Positions 55,157 to 64,000 of a stretch of DNA of 64,000 nt are shown here, one piece after another. Made by a program: the position numbers and the translations under genes. Under the pieces are notes generated by a model, which was given only the letters and a program-made list of their open reading frames with translations, searched no databases and was not told where the DNA came from. Where the stretch lies: positions 67,208,001-67,272,000 of the forward strand of contig OX597832.1 in assembly GCA_951406725.2 (NCBI GenBank), given 5' to 3'. Numbering within the stretch: the stretch's first letter is position 1; every line of letters starts with the position of its first letter. Source of the stretch: Octopus vulgaris (Eukaryota).

Positions 55157-57012
55157 TAGTAATTATAGAGGCACGATATCAAACATGTATGGTTATGGAG
55201 ATACTCAAGACTTTCTTCATAACTGACTTCTACTTTTGTTATCTCCAAGTTATCCTGGGTGAGATTCGAACGTTTGACATAAACTGGCGAAAGTAAATCA
55301 TGTTATTTTAACCAGTGCTTTATGATTCTAGCCTTATATGTAATAGTAACTAAAAATATTTCTGATATTGACATAAGGCCACTAATTTTGTGGTGAGTGG
55401 GGATATTCGAATTTGAGCTCGGTGTCATTTAAATACAGATGGTAGAAAACTGAGTAACTTGCAGATGATAGTGGATATTTTTATTCCCGAAGCCATATCG
55501 ATATTACCGTTTCACCGCAATAATAGTAACAATTATTTTCTATATAACGAAGAGGCCAGCAAATATCTATATAAAGGGGTAGAGGTGGCTTGTGGACTGC
55601 CTTAAATCAAGGATACATTATTTTCTCAACTCGCAAATCACGAATGATAACATGATCCTCGGAGAGTTTGTAACTCAGTTTCTTAAGAAATACAATTAAG
55701 TATATAAATGGAAATTTTCTCCCCGGAACTGCTTTTCGTTGACAAAAACATGATGACTCAATCTATCGTCCAGATCGACACGATATCTTGAATCTCATTG
55801 TGTTGTAGACATTCGGAGTAGCTTTCCGGTTTAAGAAAAATTTCTCCCTTTCTCCTACTAGAGACGAAGGCCATGAAATTTTTCTTGGGGTCCTTGTTCA
55901 TTTTCTCAGGTTGATGGAAATCAGTATCTGCAACTACATCCCCAGGTAACTTTTATTTCAGAATCTTTTATCGCTTCATCCTTTAATGATCTTCATATAC
56001 AAAATATTTCAGAGGCGTCATTTTCGTGACATATTCTCCTCTGAATCAGCGATACGAAAATAAAGAAGAAAAACCAAAAACGTCCAGACATTCGGAATTT
56101 ACATATTAGCGACGAATGCTTTTTTTAAATTGATAGAAATTCACAATTTAAATTTCACAGAAGCACGCTAAAGAGACGCACTGTGTGGTCTTTCGACCTG
56201 CTACTACTTCCTAGCAGATATGTTAGAGTCAGGTATATTGCTTTGCAGGGTTTGTTTAACTCTTTACATTCGTCTCTCGAATCTTGTTCAAGACATCTAT
56301 GCCTTTCAACTTTACGTGTTATATTTTCTAAAATACGATATTAAACAAGTCGATAATATCAGCTAAAACCTAGCGGTAAAAGTTGCTGCCATTCTGCTGC
56401 AATGCGTTCAAAGACTTGCATACATTAAATAGATGTCTTTAAAAGAATTGCATACATTAAGTGAAGTCTTTAAAAGAAAAACAGTTCTTTTTCAAAATCA
56501 GGCCATGGTTGTATTTGGAATAATCGTGATGTGCCAAAACAGAGGGAACCCAAGGCTAAATATCAACAAATAAATAACTGCAGAATAAAGAAAGAAATAA
56601 CAAGAATCTATGAAGTCTGATGTGATATTATTCATTATCTGATATCATCTGAAACTTTCGTTATCTGATATCATATTCACACACTACGATGACCAACCCT
56701 AAGTCATGAATATTTCATAGGGAGTTCGAAAGAGCCAACAGGAGATATTTACAAGTATATCAATATTTATGGAAGATAACATTCTGATATTATTTTAGAC
56801 AAGACCTAAATGAATATTTTATGGAAAATTAGTTTATTAACATTCTCTGTAATGTATTATGTATTATTTATTGCTCACGCCTGTATATATATATATATAT
56901 ATATATATATGCTTGTGTGTGTGTCTGTGTGTCTGTGTGTGTATTTATATATACATACTTCACATATATGCATCCATATATATTTACAATATATACATAG
57001 AGATACATAATT

Positions 57013-57057
<45 letters not shown>

Positions 57058-58753
57058 TACATATATGCATATGTGTATTTGTGTGTGCGTGTGTGTATGT
57101 GCGTGTCTATGTGTGTGTGTCTCGCTGCATAATCAATATTGAAAATCTTTACAGATATATTGTGTAGTTTTTTAATGTAACCTCCTTGAACAACCCTGAG
57201 CAAGACTGAATCAGTCCAATCTCGAACATCTTTCTCCCAGTTGTAAGACGAATATATTCTCTTTAAGTCTCATTCACTTAAGAAATACCTTCCATCGAAA
57301 ACTAAATATAGAATGTGTTATATAGAATAAATAATTTCCCATTACTATTCTGTATGGTGTCATACATATTTTTTCTCAGCCAATTTTTATAGTAACAAAG
57401 GTCTTGTTAGCTTAATAAGGCTTGATAACGAAACGTCTAAACATAAACTATTTCTTTTAAAGATGAATAGTTTTTGCTATACTATCAGACAAACAAAACA
57501 AAAATTACAAAGATAGTCATATAAAGATGAAATAGTAAAAACAGTAATAAATATATTATTAAAAGCAAATATAAGATTGAGTAGGATGTCATAAATTTGC
57601 TATTTACGAAACCCGAATACTATTTCTGAATTCATCCTAATAAAGCGTTTGAATTTGGAAGTCTAAACTTGCTCACTATTGGTCAACGTAAGACAATAGA
57701 TCATTAAAACAGCCAGAAATATTTTTAGAAATGTTGTTTAGTTTTCTTGTTTGGTCAATCGATACGTCATATTTGAACACCTTATAGATTTTTTGATATA
57801 CGTTTTAGACTTATAAAAAATTTAAAAAAATTACCGAGTCTGCTGTTTTTAGGATACATACATATGTATATATGTGTGCCTGTGTGTATGTACGTGTGTG
57901 CATATATGTGTACAATATTGCATTATTTTCGCTAAAAAATGTTGAATTGCTAAAAACAATAGATCGTTGCGATAAAATGTCATCTGCTCTATAGTTTCAT
58001 CTGTCTAATATTTGAAAGAGTACCTTCCTAATGTGTTTACCTTTCAATATCTTCATGGCGAGATATATAACAGTAACAAACCGCAGCAATACAGTATATC
58101 GTATGGTGATTAAATATAATTTAAATTGAACGATAAAGGTTACACCATAGTAACTCGGTGTTATTGTGACATCATCTACCCTTTAGTTTAAACAAATCGT
58201 ATCTAAATTGTAAACTTTGTTTCAACCGTTTTATGCGAAAGTCTGATACATCCGCTCAGACTTACATTACCATTAATACAGACTGGTTTTATGCAGCAGG
58301 CTATGTTTTGTTGAGGTATACTATGTTATGACATGTTCTACCTCTCCTCCTTTTATCATGTTGTTAAGATTATTTCTACGGATATTCTAAAGAAATTATA
58401 GCCAGCATTAATTTTGCTACAACCTCGTACGTGTACAAACATTGAGATCGAAGACGAAAATGGGTAATACAATGAGACATATATCGTGGGGTATTTGCCC
58501 CCTCATCTGCACTCATCTCGCCTCCAATCTCATTGCTTATTATAGCAACCGCCTACAGCGGTGTGAAGATATTAGATATACCAGTTTAGATATTAAGCAC
58601 ATTCATGTGGCTGGTTTGCATAGCGAAATACCACGTACCTACAAATCATTGATATTTACGTACCAGTTCATATTTACAGAAAACAAAAGACGAATACAGG
58701 TGAACGAATGGCTAGCAAGTGTATTCGTTTGAGGTTCCGGAAGAATGGAAAAC

Positions 58754-58788
58754 TCTTTGACCTTTCAAGTCTACGCTCTTCGATAGTG
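58754..58788 (-). ncRNA. Strongly decayed minimal hammerhead-like motif
   Basis: ctatcga-agagc gtag actt-GAAA-gg-TC-aaaga. Layout and distance to (TA)n resemble the motif at 4551-4588. Confidence 0.3.
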
Positions 58789-58847
58789 GAAAAAATGGAG
58801 AGCGAACAAAAATGCCGGTTTGAGAAAAGAATGTGTCGGGATTAAAT

Positions 58848-58894
<47 letters not shown>

Positions 58895-59584
58895 TATACG
58901 GTGGAGCTTATCAACAATGACATAATCTCTCAGTATTTCATCTTGATAATAATAATCATTAAATAATTTGTCTTACTTAATCTTAAGTTTCATTTGGAAC
59001 GAAAACTAGTATTCAAACAACCTATAACCAGACTATGAATTACCCGTTGGATTTTAAACGACGCGGAACCTCTTTCATTTTATAGCTGAATTTGTTTCGA
59101 AATGTTTTTCGTTACCACGTTTTCTTGTTTCTTCATTACGTTAATAGGCATAAAAAGCAACATATTCTTAAATATGTATGTACCAACATATAAATCAACA
59201 TTTAAATGAATTTCCGCTAACCAATATAATTCCTGTTAGTCCTAATGCTATGCAGTTAAATATTGCACCAAATATTAGATCTTAGAAAAGAGCATTCCTA
59301 GTTGTTTGTAGACATCTGTGAAGGCAATATGTTTTTATTTTGGCGAGTAAACTATATTATTTTCTTTGAGAAATGCTTCCCGAACTTAGAATTGTTAAGA
59401 ACGTTTTCAAAACTTTTAATACATAATTTATTCAACTTCATGTCACCTCAAACTTTTATAGAATCGATGGTTAGTCAGAATGAAAGATTCATTGAATTTA
59501 AGGGGTAACTAATTTTCAAATTGTTGGGTAGATTATACTATAAAATATCTCTTAATCACTTTCTGCGAAAGCGTAGCTTAGATC

Positions 59585-59906
59585 GCCAGCGCTTAATTTT
59601 TTAGCCTAGTTCTTATTCTACTGATAACCTTAACCACTAAGTTACGGGGTGGCGACCAAAACAAAACCGCTGTTGAAGCAGTGGGGGACGAACATTCACA
59701 CAGAAAAGCACCCACACACAGACACATATTAATATATATACGACTGGTTTCTTTCAGTTTTTTTTTCTACCAAGTCAACTGAGAAGTCAATGGGCTGCCC
59801 TAGGCTACAGTAGAAGATACTTGCCGAAGTTGCCATGTAGTGGGACAGCACCTAGGATCGTGCGATTGGGAAGCAAACGTCTTACCGCATAGCTACGCCT
59901 GCGCCT
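59585..59906 (-). mobile_element. SINE family A
   Basis: Ends in 'cttaccgcatagctacgcctgcgcc', the reverse complement of the family A start. Confidence 0.75.
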
Positions 59907-60942
59907 ATATACATAAACTAAAAGAGTACTCCAATTTTCAAATTCATCTAAAGAATAGGAAGGAGTAATTCGTAATAACGATATGTAGGGTCTGAATCTT
60001 AAATTCCATCTTTCCTATAGAGTACGCTATTTTCTTCCCATTTTTGATACTACTGTAAAAACCTTCTGATCATAGTAGATTGTTAGTTGAAATATTTGAT
60101 AAAATATCTCCGTTCCAACAAAAAATTACTTCTGTTGTCGATGGGATTCATGAAAATATTATTTTTGTAAATAAAGGAAATTATTTTCAATATCGACAGA
60201 ATTTTCGAAATATCAAGATCAAACAGTTGTAATGCCTATCTAAATGTATATATATACGTATGAAAGAATGTGCATATAAACATGTATATATGTGCATATA
60301 CTTTGATACTTACTTTGATACTTTGATAGGTTTCGGCCATGTCTAACTTAATAGCACCACCTGGTGATAGCACCACCTGGTATGTGAGTATATATGTATA
60401 GACATAAATTATTGTCTATGTATGCTTGTGTGGATGTATGGAATTACTTGAGTGTCTAAAAGACAAGAGTCGAAATACTTCCATCGGTTCACAAATATAT
60501 GAGTGAGTCGATATGTGCACATATGAACATACGTCGCAGTCAGTGCAAGTATACTTCTGATATGTATACCTGTATAATTAGTAAAGTCTGTACATAATTG
60601 CTCTTTATATACATGTGAGTGTGTACGTGCGTGATCCTTATATCATTCGGGATTTGTTCTTTTTTATTGCAGGAAATTCATATATATATATATACATCGG
60701 TGAATTAGTCAGAAAATAATCAATTAATCAATTTAGGGTAGTAAAAAATTCGATAGAAATTTATCACTCCCAGCGGCCCAGTGGAAAAGAAAAATAGTCA
60801 TGAGACTAAAATGTAAATATATAACAATTTAGGAATGGCCTTAACAGGCCATTCGTCCACTAGACAGAGCAGCCATAACTCCAACCGCCAAGTAATATAA
60901 TTCGGAAATAGGTGAAAAATTAAAAACATTTACCCTAATTCA

Positions 60943-61042
60943 TCTTTTAGACGATGCATCGTTTCTGCGTTTTTAATGATAGACCAGCTTAATTAAATTA
61001 AATTAAGCTAATCTACCATAGGTCACGCTTCGTTAGTAAAGA
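60943..61042 (-). ncRNA. Type I hammerhead ribozyme with G5A change
   Basis: ttta-CTAACGA-a-gcgt..atggtagattagcttaat/attaagctggtctatcat..acgc-a-GAAA-cgatgcatcg-TC-taaa. Confidence 0.7.
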
Positions 61043-61435
61043 AACCTTTGGTAGAGGCAAATATACACGAGGCTACTGCATCGAAGCCTCCGGAATATCT
61101 GTCTTAAAATTTTCGAAGACCAGCGCAATCGCGATACATCGGTGTATATTTACATGTATGTACACAGATACAGGCACACACACACACACACACAGATACA
61201 CACCCACACATACATATAACGAAAATAAAGAGAAATGTGAATAATATGGAAATATTCTTTTAAATGTTCTCTTGCTCATCAGAAAAATACATCGCATAAT
61301 TTTAATGCCCCATCCACCTCCACAAAAAAACTATAAGCCCCTCTCTTCTATTTCTGAGCAAACTCTTCTCTCTACCTCTCATTTTGAAAGTAGCCGCAGG
61401 TGGCAGCACCAACAATCGCCAGTCAAATTTCCCAC

Positions 61436-61485
<50 letters not shown>

Positions 61486-61518
61486 GTGTGTGTGTGTGTG
61501 TGTGTTTGTGTGAATGTA

Positions 61519-61581
<63 letters not shown>

Positions 61582-61772
61582 GTAAACGTTAAAAAAAACA
61601 CAAACTGGGACAAGAACGCGAAACATTCTGAAGACGACAAAAAACACACAGACAGGACTTTCGAAGCTCTCAGTCATCAGTCAAGAACCAGATCATCTTC
61701 GCAATCTCGGCCGATTAATACCGAGATTGCTCCAATCTAGGCAGCCCGCCAAGGGAAATCTAAGCCAATATA

Positions 61773-61940
61773 TATATAATATTAATTAGAGACAAAGCCA
61801 CTATTTTGCAAATCAAACAAGGAAAGACTTAATCAATACATAAAAAAATTTTAATATATTAAAATTTTTTTATGTATTGATTAAGTCTTTCCTTGTTTGA
61901 TTTGCAAAATAGTGGTTTTGTCTCTAATTAATATTATATA
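61773..61940. repeat. 168-bp near-perfect spacerless palindrome
   Basis: Centred on 'ttaata|tattaa' at 61856/61857. Confidence 0.95.
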
Positions 61941-62013
61941 ATATTTTACTATAAAATTGGATTCAATCCTAAATCTGATTTTTCCCTGTAAATTTGGATT
62001 TATTCCCTAATAT

Positions 62014-62070
<57 letters not shown>

Positions 62071-62077
62071 ATATATG

Positions 62078-62108
<31 letters not shown>

Positions 62109-62129
62109 GTATATATATATATATGTATG

Positions 62130-62224
<95 letters not shown>

Positions 62225-62226
<2 letters not shown>

Positions 62227-64000
62227 GAAATATGTTACGAAAAGAGAATATAAAATACACGGGGAAATGTAAGATTAAAATATGAAAAATCAACGAAAAT
62301 GCATATTGCAAATAGAAAAAGGCTATTTATGACAGGTAACGACAAATATATACATTTAGATTGACTGAGGTAGTAATACGAGTCATAAAAGTCATTATTA
62401 TGAGATGATTATAAGATGATAATAAAGTAAGAGAACAAAACGAACCAATGGTTTACGCAAAACTATTCATCGTTTGAACAACACCGGTTAATATACGGTG
62501 TGAGGTCTAGTAGTTCCTGAGAAAAAAGATTATTTGTAAGGGAGGTAAGTAGTTCTGGATTTAGAGATGTGAGTGGTGTAGGAAGTGTATAGGGTTTAGT
62601 GGTTTCAATTGAAGAGTTAGTGGTGTTCTGTATTGAGTTGTGTGTTCATATTTAGTTGGGGGAGAAATTTGTTGATGAAAAAATGCCTCTTTATTCAACC
62701 TTTGTTGCATTGTCGTGTTCTGTGAGAATTGGTAAAAGGGAAATATTTGGAAATTGGGATTAAGATTCCTGGCACATCTTTCTATGTGTTGACTCACCTT
62801 TAACTGTCTGTATTGTGGGTGACGGATTTGCTCTTTGTGAATGGTGATTCTTTGACGGAGCGAAATTCCTGTTTGTCCAATATAGAGTTTACCACATCCT
62901 ATGCATATTTCTCCTTGTTTGAATTGGAATTCTGAACCCTCCAGAAGGTGGGGGCATGTTCCACAGTTAGAACGTCCACATTTTGTCACTTTTGGCTCAG
63001 TTGTTAGTGGGTAAAGTCTAGCGCTGGTTAATATTCTTTTCAGTGACTTCGGTTGCTTTTTGCTTTTTATAATTTTATATGAGCTTAAAATTTCGTTCAT
63101 TGTTTTGTCTGCTGTGAGGATGGGAAGGTTTTGGGTAATAATGTTGAAGGCTTCGTTGTTTCTGGGGTTATGTGTGAAGATGTATGGGAGTATTTTTAAG
63201 TCTTGTTTAGTATTTCGGCTAGTTTTCCTTAATCTTTTTATATCTATTTCCTTAGCTCTTTTGATGCCTTCATTTACTAATGAGATTGGGTAATGTCTTT
63301 TAGTTAGTGGAGATCTAAGTTCAAGGAGTCTATGTTCTCGAGTGTATGTATCGGAAATTATGATGCAGATTCTTTTTGCTAGGTTAAAGGGTATGTTGAA
63401 TTTTATGTTTTTGGGGTGGCAGGAGTTAAATAATAGTTATTGTTTAGAATCTGTGGGTTTATAAAAGATGTATGTTTCTATGTGGTTGTTAACTATTCTA
63501 ATATGTCTACAAAGGGAGTTGTTTACTGTTGCGTTCCATAGTGAATTGTATATTGCTGTGTATATTGTTGAGCATTCTTTTGAAATCAACGAGTTGATCC
63601 ATGCTATCTTGCCAAAGTATGGAGCAATCATATAAATATCTCTTCCTGCTCTCCTTTAAGTACCAATTGAAAGAGGCGCCATATTTTTCTAGTGATGATT
63701 GGTATAACTTAAGTTCGTGGTAACCCATTACGAGGTTTGCAATCACTGGAGCAGCTCTGGTCCCCATTGCAATTCCGCATTTCTGTCGATAGTAAGTAGT
63801 ATCGAACACGAAATGATTGTTCAACAGGACGAATTTCAGTGCTTCAATTATAAAATTGTGGTTAATTCGTTCTGGGATCTCTTCTGGGTATTTTTCTAGC
63901 CAAAATGTGATTGCTTCTATACCGGAGTCGTATGGGATATTAGCGTATAGATTCACCACATCGAAAGATACCAGTAGAGTTCCGTCCTATACTGTCTTCG
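62225..64000 (-). mobile_element. Neptune-like Penelope-like element (RT + GIY-YIG), disrupted, continues beyond window
   Basis: RT: 'LVSFDVVNLYANIP', 'YYRQKCGIAMGTRAAPVIANLVMG', 'RYLYD' (YLDD decayed), 'IFYKPTDSKQ*..SCHP'. Endonuclease: 'KCGRSNCGTC..CIGCGKLYIGQT..RQRITIH..VSQHI'. The 3' end joins (TA)n at about 62223. Confidence 0.9.

Noticed and set aside
61645-61690. Minus-strand CTGATGA...GAAA candidate
   Set aside because: Stems I and II do not pair convincingly. At best a decayed relic.

Overview
AT-rich animal genomic DNA dominated by (TA)n, (CA)n, (AAT)n and (GAT)n microsatellites and transposon relics. The SINE and microsatellite landscape suggests an octopus/cephalopod genome (inference). 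Nearly all ORFs in the supplied track are translations of microsatellites, and no host gene could be confidently identified. Recognisable elements: several tRNA-type SINE families, R4/Dong-like RLE non-LTR fragments at (TAA)n tracts, Penelope-like element (PLE) relics (Naiad-like and Neptune-like RT and GIY-YIG), mariner, CR1/L2 and RTE fragments, and a non-autonomous Helitron. The hidden structure is about 17 type I hammerhead ribozyme (HHR) motifs, read by eye and ranging from intact to degenerate. They belong to about a dozen dissimilar short cassettes that sit at (TA)n tracts, often as fold-back inverted pairs. The most striking locus is 38361-40877: a 364-nt HHR tandem repeat into which a 1.7-kb segment encoding only a gag/ORF1-like protein is inserted with a 17-bp duplication, so that two co-oriented ribozymes bracket a 2100-nt coding unit.
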